From NCBI GenBank assembly GCA_019745315.1, contig JAIETH010000002.1, positions 98,306 through 162,305 of the forward strand: a stretch of DNA of 64,000 bases, written 5' to 3'. How positions within the stretch are numbered: the first letter of the stretch is position 1; every line of letters begins with the position of its first letter. Both the position numbers and the translations under genes were made by a program. The DNA is from Patescibacteria group bacterium. Lineage in GTDB: Bacteria; Patescibacteriota; Minisyncoccia; Phycocordibacterales; UBA918. Under the pieces are notes generated by a model. It worked only from the letters and a program-made list of their open reading frames with translations, did not search any database and was not told where the DNA came from. Positions 16,581 through 26,826 of this stretch are shown here, piece after piece.

Positions 16581-18767
16581 TTATTCTTCTGTAAAGATCG
16601 GCTTGATGGAGACGGTTCCAGTAACAGGTGAACCTCCCCACGTAGTACACGTCATGCTATATGTGGTTTCTCCGAGTACTGGTCCTGTAGTGCGTGAGTA
16701 GGTAGTGCCTGAAACCGCCACCGAATCAGCTGTTCCAGAAATATTTTCTCCCGCAATAACACACCCTGTATGACCATTAAGATTTCCTGATACAACCGTT
16801 GAACCATTTTTATCTACAACAGCTGGACTTACGCTCATTGTAGGTGGCGGCATTGGCAACTGCACATTAAGAGAAACGCTATCTGTCACTGGAGAACCAC
16901 CATTGTTACATGAGACCGTATATGAGATTGCACCTACTGATGGCTCACTCACGGCCGCATCACTATTTGTGGTTCCGCTTGTAGCTCCTCCCGTACTAAA
17001 GTTAAGTCCTGAACACGTACTCGCATTTGTTGAAGACCATCGGAGATCTACGTGCTGACCTTGTGCAATCTGGGCAGAGGTTGACCATGTAGAGCTTGCA
17101 CGAGGCTTAATCTCTAGTGTTGCCGTTGGAGATGGAGATGGAGGGTTTGCGCATGTAAAATCTTTTCCAGGAGTTGCAGCGCTCAATACTCCGTTATTAA
17201 TTCCATGCACCCACGTCCTATACGTTCTCCCTACTACTCCTGTAAACGGATAGCTGGTACTTGTGTAGTAATCTAGACATACATCGCCTGAGTTTTGAGT
17301 TGCGGCACAGCTCCCCACCCATGGATTACTTGTATCGTTGATACGCAACGCGTATGAGCTATTGTTGCTTCCTGCGCTCCAGCTCACATTTGCAGCTGTT
17401 CCAACACACGATGCCTGCAAATTTGTTGGCGTACTTGGACTATTACATCTAAATGTAACTATTCCAGCTGTTGGATTATATGGGGGGTCTGAGTGTACCC
17501 AAAAGTCGTAATTTTTGTCAGGCGAAATAGGCAGGTTTGCAACTGAGGTACCATATGGCCAATTATTAGTATAACAAGTACCAATACCATCTCCGACAGG
17601 AGCACCGTCAACCCATTGCCAACCAATACTGTCACAAGCCGCCTTTGTATAATCTCGAATACGTGGATGGTAGGTTGTTGCCCCAGGAACCGCATCCCAA
17701 TACGCAGTAGCGCTGGTGTTGCCGGCATTACAGGTCGCTCTCACATTTGTTGGGACAGCTGCTACGGGACAAGATATAGCTTGAGGTGAACCACCCAATA
17801 GAGGGTTGCCAGCATTACCATGAGATCCTTCATCAATAGCGTATACATAAAATGAGTGACTCGCTGTGTCTGGCAAAGCAATAGGGACTGAGTACGCATG
17901 ATATGCATTCCCTCCACAAACTCCTGCAAGGTCACCTCTGTGTAAATTGGCAACGCTCTGCCCTACATATATCCCACCACCACCCGCCGGCCCATCTCTG
18001 TACACATGCACAGAGAGCGGAGTATTGTAATTATTAGGATCACATGTCCACCCCCACACCTGCGAGCAACTTATTCCATCATGGTACCCTATTGGTGCAG
18101 CAGGTGTGGGCGGAGGTGGAGCACAGCTAAATGCTGGTCCTGCAACATAATTACTACATCCAGCTGCATTACACGCAGCAACTGACCACCTATAGTCTCC
18201 TCCATACAAACCTGACACTGTTTTTTGAGTACCGTATATATTCTCTTCTGGCCACTGATAGCTCGTCTGAGCATCATGAAGTACAAACTTTGTATATGTC
18301 GCAGAAGAAGGTACTGACCAATTTATCGTGGCCGTATTACTTGAACAACTCGCAGATCCATTTGTAGGCTCGCCTGGAGGAGGCATGCACGAACCGTCCC
18401 CTGCTCGCAAAAATCGATACTCACGACCAGCTTGCCCATCTCTGTACTGCCACCACTGCCAATCATTAGCTCCTCCCTCGGCTCCCGTACAATATGTATT
18501 CCAACACTCTTCGCTTGTGTGAGGATAATTCGACTCGCACGAAGCAGGAACAAGAGAGCCGCCACTTACCCCCAAGGGAGAGTGAGATGCGTACTCTAGC
18601 TCTGCACGATGCATGCTGTCATCTTGGGTCAAATAAACCACACCTACCAAAGATATAAATAACCCAAGTACGATACCAAATAAAGGTAAGGAGATTTTTT
18701 TATTTTTTATAAAAAGTGTACTTCTTTTAAAAACGCGCCCATACGACCTGAGTAAATGTTTAAACAT
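16581..18767 (-). CDS. Large secreted/cell-surface protein rich in Cys, Gly, Trp and Thr with repeated beta-sandwich-like segments. Hypothetical adhesin-like.
   Basis: 728 aa; N-terminal transmembrane/signal segment (ISLPLFGIVLGLFISLVGVVYL) and more than 30 Cys. Recurring segments (for example ...SCS/C[A/V]APPPPTP...) are possibly Fn3/PKD-like, but this cannot be confirmed by eye. Confidence 0.5.
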   Translation of the reverse strand: MFKHLLRSYGRVFKRSTLFIKNKKISLPLFGIVLGLFISLVGVVYLTQDDSMHRAELEYASHSPLGVSGGSLVPASCESNYPHTSEECWNTYCTGAEGGANDWQWWQYRDGQAGREYRFLRAGDGSCMPPPGEPTNGSASCSSNTATINWSVPSSATYTKFVLHDAQTSYQWPEENIYGTQKTVSGLYGGDYRWSVAACNAAGCSNYVAGPAFSCAPPPPTPAAPIGYHDGISCSQVWGWTCDPNNYNTPLSVHVYRDGPAGGGGIYVGQSVANLHRGDLAGVCGGNAYHAYSVPIALPDTASHSFYVYAIDEGSHGNAGNPLLGGSPQAISCPVAAVPTNVRATCNAGNTSATAYWDAVPGATTYHPRIRDYTKAACDSIGWQWVDGAPVGDGIGTCYTNNWPYGTSVANLPISPDKNYDFWVHSDPPYNPTAGIVTFRCNSPSTPTNLQASCVGTAANVSWSAGSNNSSYALRINDTSNPWVGSCAATQNSGDVCLDYYTSTSYPFTGVVGRTYRTWVHGINNGVLSAATPGKDFTCANPPSPSPTATLEIKPRASSTWSTSAQIAQGQHVDLRWSSTNASTCSGLNFSTGGATSGTTNSDAAVSEPSVGAISYTVSCNNGGSPVTDSVSLNVQLPMPPPTMSVSPAVVDKNGSTVVSGNLNGHTGCVIAGENISGTADSVAVSGTTYSRTTGPVLGETTYSMTCTTWGGSPVTGTVSIKPIFTEE

Positions 18768-18806
18768 ATAGCTACATTGTAACTGAAAAAAAACTCAATT
18801 TATTAG

Positions 18807-19613
18807 TTATTCACTTCTTTTTGTGCGAACTAGTAGAAGATTTGCCTCCACTGATGCGAGCGTTGCTCGATACCCTTCTTCGTATACTCGAGGATCATTC
18901 CCAGGATATGCTCCCCCCCATCTCTCCGGATTCATTGAGAGAAAGCCATTTTGGGACTTTTGCAAAAACTTCTCTGCTTCTTCGTACTCGCCTCTATTGA
19001 GCAATGCCACGCCGAGAGCATTTGCGAGCCATGGGTTATCAGGCGAATACTCCAAGCCTTGCCGCGCATATTTTTCTGCATTAATAAAATCTGCCTGCCT
19101 AAAAAAAACCCAAGCAATATCGTTATGCCCCGCCCAACTAGTCGGTCTCTCTTCAAGAAATCTTTTAAAATCCTCTACCGCAGCACTGAATTGACCCAAG
19201 TAGCCGTAGGTAAGACCACGCATATAATATGCCTGCATAAACGTAGGATCTTCCTCTAGTTGTGTATTGAAATAAAGAACCGCCTCATCTAAATCACCTT
19301 TTATGAAGGCGATCCGCCCCACTTGGTAGTAAATAGGATTTTTGTCAGAGTTTTCAAATACAAGAGCCTGCTCAAAACTCCACAAAGCAGCATCTAAATC
19401 ATAGGCCTTGCCTCCAAAATAATAATTCCCCCGCTCAAAAAGCAAGGTTGAGGTAGAGAACCTCCCCTCTTTTATGAGTTCCCATGTATTTCCTGTGTAC
19501 AAAAAAAATCCAGCGTATGTAAGTACCGCCACCACGAGCGCACCCAATATCGCTCTGACAAATACACTACTGGAGTATTTGTCAGAAAAAAACTGCAGAC
19601 GTTGCATATGCAA
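18807..19613 (-). CDS. Membrane-anchored tetratricopeptide-repeat (TPR) protein
   Basis: N-terminal transmembrane segment then about 6 TPR-like 34-aa repeats (AxxxxxAxxYY/NLG pattern). Confidence 0.65.
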   Translation of the reverse strand: MHMQRLQFFSDKYSSSVFVRAILGALVVAVLTYAGFFLYTGNTWELIKEGRFSTSTLLFERGNYYFGGKAYDLDAALWSFEQALVFENSDKNPIYYQVGRIAFIKGDLDEAVLYFNTQLEEDPTFMQAYYMRGLTYGYLGQFSAAVEDFKRFLEERPTSWAGHNDIAWVFFRQADFINAEKYARQGLEYSPDNPWLANALGVALLNRGEYEEAEKFLQKSQNGFLSMNPERWGGAYPGNDPRVYEEGYRATLASVEANLLLVRTKRSE

Positions 19614-19677
19614 GAATTATACATCCTTGGTATTACTTTTAAAAAACCCCTCCTAACGCTTTTGCTATACTTACGCT

Positions 19678-21501
19678 ATGTTCAAATTCTTGCAAAACGA
19701 GTACAGACTATACCTTTCCCATCAAAGACGCCGTGATGCTTTTTTTATATGGATTCAAAAGAGTCTTCACGAAAAATCAGTGGTCTATGTAAAAGATGTG
19801 CAGTTATGGGGTACTCAAATATATAGCGTAGAAAAAGGTAGCGCCAAGAGAATACGCCAAGAGAATCAAATAGACTATATATTACGCACCCCTCACGAAG
19901 TAGTTGAAGAAATTAGATCTCATGAATGGTCTATGATTTTTAAAACACCAGTTTTAGAAATATGGAAAAAAACAAGTGTACGCACTAAATATGTATTCGA
20001 TACTGAGCTTAGTAAAGATGAAATGAGCTCTTTATCGAAGTCAGTACGCCTTATGCTCAAGGAGTATCTAGAAACCCACAAACGTCCTCATCACCCATTT
20101 CTTCAGAATGCTAAATTTAGCAAATCATATGGCGTCGATATAGGTTTGTGGGTATCGGGGAAAATGCATGGATCAAAGATATCTTTCAAAAATACCTTGC
20201 GAGAAAGCTTGGTTGAAGCCCTCATGGCGTCTGCCACCGATGAACGCTTTAAGGCGTTTACACTTAACGATTTACCAAACACGATCATTGAAATTTCTAT
20301 ACTTTCAACATTGCACATCCCTCTCAGAAAAGAAGAGATTGCATCTCACCAAATCTATTTTGATATGGGTTATGTTGCTCAAAAACATGGCAAGCCCGTA
20401 GGTTGGTATATACCAATGGTTTTCAATGATATGACCCACTTCAAAAGCTTTAGTGACTTTACAGAAAGCCTTGTTTTTAAAAAAGCGACACTCCCTGACA
20501 GGTCTTCTTTAGATGTAGATATCAACGTGTTTACGGTACACAACTTTATTGAGTCCGCTAACCACTCTGGCACACTACCACTTCAAGGTCCTATTCCCCT
20601 ATACACTCAAATAAATACTTCTGACCTATTCCAGCGTACTGCTGAGTGGATTATTCAAAATACGCACACAGATGGATATATAGAACCCGTAACTACACAA
20701 CCACCTAGAGAAATTGCGCTTGACGTAGTGCGGCAGATGTTTACCGCATATGCATTAGCGGCATATAGCATCATTACACTAAACAACGGAGGTCTGGCAG
20801 CTGCTAGAAAAATTGCATTATTCGCTCATTCGCATATCCCTCATATAACAAACGAGAATCAATCGCTCCTTGCAGAAATATATTACGCCCTCTATCTTGA
20901 TGTACTTGGTGAAAAAAAACTAGCATCCGCCATATGCACTCTTGTCAGCAAATCTATTTCTGAAAAGACAGATACTATCACTCTGTCGCAATTTACCATC
21001 TTAAGCACAAGAGTAACCCCCCATAAACTTGAAGAAATATCTAAATATATAGCAATTCTTTTAAAGCGCTTTAAACACTCACAGGAACACGCCTCTTTAG
21101 CAGAATACGCTGAACTTTTACCACTCACCAAAAAATATAATGAAGTGATTTACCCATCCATCTCTCGCTGGTACATCTCGCTCCAGCATGAATTAGGTTA
21201 TTTCCCTAACAAAAAAAATGATGGTTTTTACTACACCAGAGGGACTGGAAAAGTACTAGAGGCATGCGCAGCAAGTGGTGACTTCACAGAAGAAGTCAAA
21301 AAGGGTCTTGTGTGGCTTGCGCGCTCTCAATATACAGACGATACGCTGTACCACATACCAACACGCGAACGAGGGCGATATCGTGGAGGATTCCGCCACG
21401 ATATCTTTAATCGAGATGCTTGGGTCGACTCAGCAGGCCACGCACTACTGACTGGCGTATATTTATTAAAAAATCAGCTTAATACGTCTTTGAAACAATA
21501 G
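19678..21501 (+). CDS. Hypothetical protein (607 aa), no motif recognised
   Basis: long ORF with normal codon use, unrecognised. Confidence 0.45.
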   Translation: MFKFLQNEYRLYLSHQRRRDAFFIWIQKSLHEKSVVYVKDVQLWGTQIYSVEKGSAKRIRQENQIDYILRTPHEVVEEIRSHEWSMIFKTPVLEIWKKTSVRTKYVFDTELSKDEMSSLSKSVRLMLKEYLETHKRPHHPFLQNAKFSKSYGVDIGLWVSGKMHGSKISFKNTLRESLVEALMASATDERFKAFTLNDLPNTIIEISILSTLHIPLRKEEIASHQIYFDMGYVAQKHGKPVGWYIPMVFNDMTHFKSFSDFTESLVFKKATLPDRSSLDVDINVFTVHNFIESANHSGTLPLQGPIPLYTQINTSDLFQRTAEWIIQNTHTDGYIEPVTTQPPREIALDVVRQMFTAYALAAYSIITLNNGGLAAARKIALFAHSHIPHITNENQSLLAEIYYALYLDVLGEKKLASAICTLVSKSISEKTDTITLSQFTILSTRVTPHKLEEISKYIAILLKRFKHSQEHASLAEYAELLPLTKKYNEVIYPSISRWYISLQHELGYFPNKKNDGFYYTRGTGKVLEACAASGDFTEEVKKGLVWLARSQYTDDTLYHIPTRERGRYRGGFRHDIFNRDAWVDSAGHALLTGVYLLKNQLNTSLKQ

Positions 21502-23075
21502 ATTTCATTAGCAAATGTTGTTACGAAAACTAAGTTGTCTTTAAATAAAACAGGGTTGGTGATACGTTCTGAAACAATCTGACTGGCATGTATAGCGCCC
21601 GTCTCACTATTACATATATATAACATCCCATCATTACTCCCAACATATACTCTATTTTTTTGCACTACCGGGGAGGAAAATATTCTTCCTTCTGTCTCTC
21701 TTTCCCATACAATGGTCTTTTTCTCTAGATCAATACAATATATGTATTTATCTAGAGAAGTCACATACGCACGAGAACCCACTACGCATGGCGTTGCATG
21801 AAGCCACTCCGCAACAGGAATTTCAAAACGCATCTTCCCAGATAATACAGACAGAGAAACGAGTAATCCTTTTTGTGTCGAAAATAGCACACCCCTTTCT
21901 TCGTCATACACAGATCCTGCATCCTCAACGCCGTCAACTTTTTGAGACCACATAGTCTTTCCTGAGTTTACTTGCAAGCAATGTACCACGCCATCAGAGC
22001 CTTGAAATATAAGGCTATCTGAAACCTGTGTGAAATTACCAGACACAGCGCCAGCAACCTGTCGCTCCCATACTATCTCCCTTCGTGACAAGGAATACCC
22101 TATTATGGCAGAGCGGTACAAAGGACCACCAACCTTCACAGCACAGCACAAAATATCTCCTTTAATTACTGGAGCTGATGTAATCCTCTCTCCAAAAGAT
22201 TCTTTATATAAAATTTTACCTTTGAGATCTAGCACGTACAAAGAACCGTTTATACTCCCCACGTAAAGTCGATCTCCATGGAGAAGTAAGTCGGTAAAGG
22301 TTGCCTTCTTTTTGCGAACACGCCACATCAACAACTTGCTCCATAGCACCTTTCCTGTTCCAGTATCAATACACCATATATATCCAGAGTCTGAGGTTGC
22401 ATACAAAAACTCCCCAAAAAGTACTGGCTGGGATCTCTTTTCTACTAAGGGAAAGTGTGGTTTTACTGGACCAAAATACCACATGCGATCTAAAGTCTTT
22501 TTTTGCTGACCTCTACTTGCTTTTAAAGCTAGATCTTCCAATGAAAAGAGTGAATAAATTTTAATTCCACGTTCAGTAAAAAAAGAATATGCAGAATCAT
22601 CAAAAAAACGCACAATAGCAAAGATCGCATAGACCCTCTTTCCCTCTTTTTCAAGAATATGAACCTGTTTCTCAAAACTTGCCCCCGTATTCAAAACATC
22701 ATCGACAAGCACGATAGGCAAATCGGTAACAATTCCCTCTATTTGCTTTGACTCTCCCTTTTTTTTGCGTGACTTACGAATATAAAAACCTGACGCATTT
22801 TCTTCTTTCATCACACACGCTGTGATAATAGGAAGAGACGCGGACTCAAGTCCACCAATCTGTATTTGGCTTCCCTCACCCAAAACTTTCCAAAAAAGAC
22901 TTGCGACCGCCTCTAAAAAGGCTTTTTCAAAAAGAATGTTCCTGAAATCAAAAAAAAATGCTATCTGGGAATGTTGGAAACTTAGAAGTGAATCTTTATA
23001 CCTTTCCCTATCAAAATAGGCTTTTTCCAAAATACACTTTTTAACATATTCCCGCATATCTTTCATATAAAACAT
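21474..23075 (-). CDS. Fusion protein: an N-terminal type-I phosphoribosyltransferase domain and a C-terminal PQQ-like beta-propeller repeat domain
   Basis: PRTase PRPP-binding loop IVLVDDVLNTGASF within an OPRT-like N-terminus. About 7 repeats follow of the form ...LY[AVC]GSxDGxLYxLDxxTGxxxWxxx..., typical of PQQ/BamB-like propellers. Confidence 0.6.
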   Translation of the reverse strand: MFYMKDMREYVKKCILEKAYFDRERYKDSLLSFQHSQIAFFFDFRNILFEKAFLEAVASLFWKVLGEGSQIQIGGLESASLPIITACVMKEENASGFYIRKSRKKKGESKQIEGIVTDLPIVLVDDVLNTGASFEKQVHILEKEGKRVYAIFAIVRFFDDSAYSFFTERGIKIYSLFSLEDLALKASRGQQKKTLDRMWYFGPVKPHFPLVEKRSQPVLFGEFLYATSDSGYIWCIDTGTGKVLWSKLLMWRVRKKKATFTDLLLHGDRLYVGSINGSLYVLDLKGKILYKESFGERITSAPVIKGDILCCAVKVGGPLYRSAIIGYSLSRREIVWERQVAGAVSGNFTQVSDSLIFQGSDGVVHCLQVNSGKTMWSQKVDGVEDAGSVYDEERGVLFSTQKGLLVSLSVLSGKMRFEIPVAEWLHATPCVVGSRAYVTSLDKYIYCIDLEKKTIVWERETEGRIFSSPVVQKNRVYVGSNDGMLYICNSETGAIHASQIVSERITNPVLFKDNLVFVTTFANEIYCFKDVLS

Positions 23076-23105
23076 ACTGTACTATATATTGATATAGAAC
23101 GTAAT

Positions 23106-23567
23106 ATGAATTTATTTTTTAAAAATCTTATGACACAACCTGCCATCACCACAGGACTCACAGTACTTATTACAGCCCTAGTAGTATCTTGCGCAATATA
23201 CCTCACGCCCCTTAAGCACCTCAATATCATTGAGCCTACCATCAATGATATACCAGCAACAGACTTCCAAGAGCTATACACTCAAAATAAAGATGAATAC
23301 CTCTTTATCGATGTACGATCTCCTCAGGCATATGCAGATGGACATGCCGAAGGATCTATCAATATACCCCTCCATGAGTTTTACAATCAGCGCACTTTCT
23401 TTCCCAAGAAAGGAAAAGAAATTATACTTATCTGTAGTGGTGGAGTCGCTTCTGGTGTTGCATACAGCTACCTAGAGCATTATGGATTCTTCAACATGAA
23501 GCGCATAGAAGGCGGCATAGAGTCTTGGAGAGCGTCAGAGTTACCTATGGTGTATAAAAGTGAGTAA
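23106..23567 (+). CDS. Rhodanese-domain sulfurtransferase, membrane-anchored
   Basis: FIDVRSPQAYADGHAEGSINIP...ICSGGVASGVA gives the active-site Cys loop; N-terminal transmembrane segment. Confidence 0.75.
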   Translation: MNLFFKNLMTQPAITTGLTVLITALVVSCAIYLTPLKHLNIIEPTINDIPATDFQELYTQNKDEYLFIDVRSPQAYADGHAEGSINIPLHEFYNQRTFFPKKGKEIILICSGGVASGVAYSYLEHYGFFNMKRIEGGIESWRASELPMVYKSE

Positions 23568-23592
23568 ATAATTACTGTTAAAATTCAAAATT

Positions 23593-23841
23593 ATGAGCGA
23601 GCAAAGAAAAAAAGTTAGTCGATTCATGCGGTCTTTTGTATACGGGGGTATATTTTTTATGGTTACCTATATAACCTCTTTGCCTGTTTTTTCTAGAAAC
23701 TTCTCAAATCAAGCTCCCGTTATTCCTTCAGCACTTGCTGATATTCCCTCAGATAGCTATATTCCTCCAACTAGCGATGGTGACGGCTCTTGTGACGGTA
23801 GCTCTGACGCCCCAAGTGACTGCAGCGATAGTCCTGAGTAA
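23593..23841 (+). CDS. Small membrane/secreted protein with an acidic Asp/Ser/Cys-rich tail, hypothetical
   Basis: 82 aa, a single transmembrane segment; DGDGSCDGSSDAPSDCSDSPE tail. Confidence 0.35.
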   Translation: MSEQRKKVSRFMRSFVYGGIFFMVTYITSLPVFSRNFSNQAPVIPSALADIPSDSYIPPTSDGDGSCDGSSDAPSDCSDSPE

Positions 23842-23852
23842 TTTTTAAAATC

Positions 23853-24953
23853 ATGTCTACAACAAAAACCTTATATATATTACTAGGAATACTTACTATC
23901 ATTTTAGCAGGACTTTCATATTACTTTCTACGTCACACAGAAAAAGATTCTTCTCCGACCCCTGAAAAAGGAAGCATAGAAGAACTATATTCTGAAAGAC
24001 AAGGAAGTACATTCCTGATTGCAAACACGGCATTTAATGCTCGTCTTTACAACCCTGACTCACGACCACTCCTAGAGCAATCGCTCCTTGAGGCAACCTC
24101 ACCCATCCAGGAGGCACATATTAAATACAAAATCGCCCTTACGTACACTTACGAAAACCCGACTCGAGCGGTTGAGCTTATGAAAGAGATTGCAGCAAAT
24201 GCAACATATCCTTCTCAACAAAAAGCATACGCGCTCCAGCATATATTCAGAATGTACAGTAGCCTTGTTTCAGGTCAAATTCCTTTAGCAAAAATATTTG
24301 AAGGAGATCCTTACCAGTCATTTTACACACAAGGAGATACCCCTCTTTCTTTAAAGAAGTTTCACGAATACACACTTTCTTTTGGAGAAAGTCCAATAAG
24401 CACAGCCGAGCTTGCTATTTGGTATGCTGATGAGGTTGCAAATAACGCAGACCTCTCTCAGTCAGAGAAAGAGAATTATGTAGTTCTTGCAAAAGAATTT
24501 ATAGCAACTTCTGAAAAGTATGTGGATGAAAAGAGTGAAGTGATGAACGACAAAGAGCTTATACCTAAAACTCTCGTAACGCTTGCGTCCGCATATGGTT
24601 TTCTTGCGCAGGCAAATATTGAACCTTACCGTAGCAACTATGGAGATATGTTCATAAGAGCTATTACTGTGAGCGATCTTGGCAACACCTATCAGAGCAA
24701 TGGAGCTCGTGATGCATACGCATACTTCTCTCTTTCACTCAAAGATGAAGCTGAGTGGGCGCGAGCACAAGTACTTTTTGATGAACTCATAGATAACATT
24801 GATTCATTTGGAACCATGAAGGCTGTATACATGAGAAGACAGCTGAATCCATCTGACTATCGAGATCGTACCGTATTTGTTGCAAATGAATATTCCAAGT
24901 TTAAGGATTTCTTGATAACACTCGGGTGGACAGAAGAAGACTTTGCCCGCTAA
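23853..24953 (+). CDS. Hypothetical membrane-anchored protein
   Basis: 366 aa, N-terminal transmembrane segment, helical. Confidence 0.45.
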   Translation: MSTTKTLYILLGILTIILAGLSYYFLRHTEKDSSPTPEKGSIEELYSERQGSTFLIANTAFNARLYNPDSRPLLEQSLLEATSPIQEAHIKYKIALTYTYENPTRAVELMKEIAANATYPSQQKAYALQHIFRMYSSLVSGQIPLAKIFEGDPYQSFYTQGDTPLSLKKFHEYTLSFGESPISTAELAIWYADEVANNADLSQSEKENYVVLAKEFIATSEKYVDEKSEVMNDKELIPKTLVTLASAYGFLAQANIEPYRSNYGDMFIRAITVSDLGNTYQSNGARDAYAYFSLSLKDEAEWARAQVLFDELIDNIDSFGTMKAVYMRRQLNPSDYRDRTVFVANEYSKFKDFLITLGWTEEDFAR

Positions 24954-24959
24954 AATAAA

Positions 24960-25655
24960 ATGCTTCAATACACCAAATATATATCGAGACATACCGTACT
25001 CGCCTCTTCTCTGGCCCTATTACTCGTACTTGTTTCCAGTTATATATATATTGAAAAAGAAAGAAGTACTTTACAGGACGACGCTGAACAGAAACAAATA
25101 GAGACTAATAAAAAGCTACTCTTACTTCCCACAAAAAACGATGTGGTTATTAACCCTGGCAATAAGATCACAATAGTCGTCTACGAAGACACGGACTGCA
25201 GGTTCTGTAGAGAGTATGAACATATACTTGACTCTGTCGCACAAAAGAACCCCGACGTTGTTAGTCTTTACTTTCGATATAAACTACTCCCAATCTACAG
25301 ACACTCCCGAGTAGAGGCTGAGCTTTTAGAGTGTGTAAAAAAAATAAACACCCCAGCGTACTCTGACTTTAAAAAAGATCTTTTCAGTATCAACTCTTCT
25401 GAAAATCTTGATCTTGAAAAGTTACTGTCTATGGCATATATGTATGCCGATAAAAATACACTGCGTACGTGCTCTGAAGACACAGAAGCGGGGAATACTG
25501 TTCGAGATATTGAAGCTACTGCCTCTATTCTTGGTGTAACCAAAGTACCTTATACTTTTATATTTAGCGAAACATCTCCCCTCATTACTCTTGTAGGCGT
25601 TCAATCTGAAAGCGCCCTAAAACAGATTATTGAAAACATACAAACATATGAATAG
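24960..25655 (+). CDS. DsbA-like thioredoxin-fold thiol:disulfide oxidoreductase, membrane-anchored
   Basis: YEDTDCRFCREY CxxC active site; N-terminal transmembrane segment. Confidence 0.6.
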   Translation: MLQYTKYISRHTVLASSLALLLVLVSSYIYIEKERSTLQDDAEQKQIETNKKLLLLPTKNDVVINPGNKITIVVYEDTDCRFCREYEHILDSVAQKNPDVVSLYFRYKLLPIYRHSRVEAELLECVKKINTPAYSDFKKDLFSINSSENLDLEKLLSMAYMYADKNTLRTCSEDTEAGNTVRDIEATASILGVTKVPYTFIFSETSPLITLVGVQSESALKQIIENIQTYE

Positions 25656-26133
25656 ACGGATCAGGCTAGCAGCATTCTTTTCAGTTGTTTTTTTAACTAC
25701 ACTCTATTTTTTTTCACTGATTGCAAACGGATCCTCTACCATTACGACACTCTCAAGCCCTCTTCCCTTTTTGCTTAAAATACATCTTTTTTTTCAAGCT
25801 CCCTATCTTACGTATTTAAATACTTCTTTATTAGCGTTTTTTATTTTTTTGGTTAATATTTTGCTAACCTCAATCTATATATTCCAAATACGCTATAAAC
25901 TAGAAATCGTTCGGGCACTACGCTCAGCATACGGATTATCTGGATCTTTTTTAAGCATACTGAGTGTTGGGTGTGTTGCATGCGGCTCTTTTATTACACC
26001 AACCGCGCTCTTGCTGGGGCTAGGCATCCCCTTTTCTGCTCTCTCACCTCTCACGTTAGGTGTTGGACTTTTTGGTACAGGATTACTTATACTAGGAAAT
26101 ATTGTCCTTTATCGACACATACGACCCCTGTAG
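25630..26133 (+). CDS. Polytopic membrane protein with an intramembrane CxxC (GCVACGS). A possible DsbB/VKOR-type redox partner of the upstream DsbA-like protein.
   Basis: 167 aa, 4-5 transmembrane segments, CxxC in a transmembrane segment; overlaps the upstream gene by 26 nt. Confidence 0.35.
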   Translation: MKTYKHMNRRIRLAAFFSVVFLTTLYFFSLIANGSSTITTLSSPLPFLLKIHLFFQAPYLTYLNTSLLAFFIFLVNILLTSIYIFQIRYKLEIVRALRSAYGLSGSFLSILSVGCVACGSFITPTALLLGLGIPFSALSPLTLGVGLFGTGLLILGNIVLYRHIRPL

Positions 26134-26145
26134 CGCCACGCATGC

Positions 26146-26826
26146 ATGAACCAATTTCTTGGAAACAATACACGCGTTATTCTCATGCCTGGAGGCAGCG
26201 GGGTTTTAGGAAATGCGCTACACGATCTTCTTGATAAGGAGGAATTTTTCTTTATCAACATAAGCAAAAAGACTCCGCTTAAGGGAGAGAATGTACACAA
26301 TTACTATTGCGATCTACGTGTAACAAACCTTGAAAAGATAGTTTCCAATATCGCCAACATAACGCCACGACTAGACTTTATAGTAAATGCTGCTTACTCC
26401 CACGACTTTAGATCTGTTACTAAACTTGAAAAAAATATCTTTCTTGAGGAAGTCTATCTCGATTCATACGTACCAATAAAACTCAGCCTCTTGTGTGCTG
26501 AACATTTTTGGTCTCCTATAGATAAATCTTATAACATTGAAACAGGTCGAACAGTGATAAACATATCAAGCGGAGCGTCACTTGGAAGAACGCAACGCCC
26601 CGAACTTGCTTCATACGGAGCAGCAAAGGCAGCGCTCAACATACTAACAAGCTATCTTCACGATGAATTATGGAGCAATTATGGTGTTTCTGCACACATA
26701 CTAACCCCAGGAAGCTTTTCAGATAAAAATACTCTAACTCAAACCGCCAATACCATTGCTGGGCTCATCGGATCAAAAGAGAGTGGTATAATTGATCCCT
26801 ATGTCGACATTTCTCGAAAGATTTAA
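26146..26826 (+). CDS. Short-chain dehydrogenase/reductase (SDR) family oxidoreductase
   Basis: GGSGVLGNAL Rossmann motif; SGAS...YGAAKAA catalytic Ser-Tyr-Lys. Confidence 0.8.
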   Translation: MNQFLGNNTRVILMPGGSGVLGNALHDLLDKEEFFFINISKKTPLKGENVHNYYCDLRVTNLEKIVSNIANITPRLDFIVNAAYSHDFRSVTKLEKNIFLEEVYLDSYVPIKLSLLCAEHFWSPIDKSYNIETGRTVINISSGASLGRTQRPELASYGAAKAALNILTSYLHDELWSNYGVSAHILTPGSFSDKNTLTQTANTIAGLIGSKESGIIDPYVDISRKI

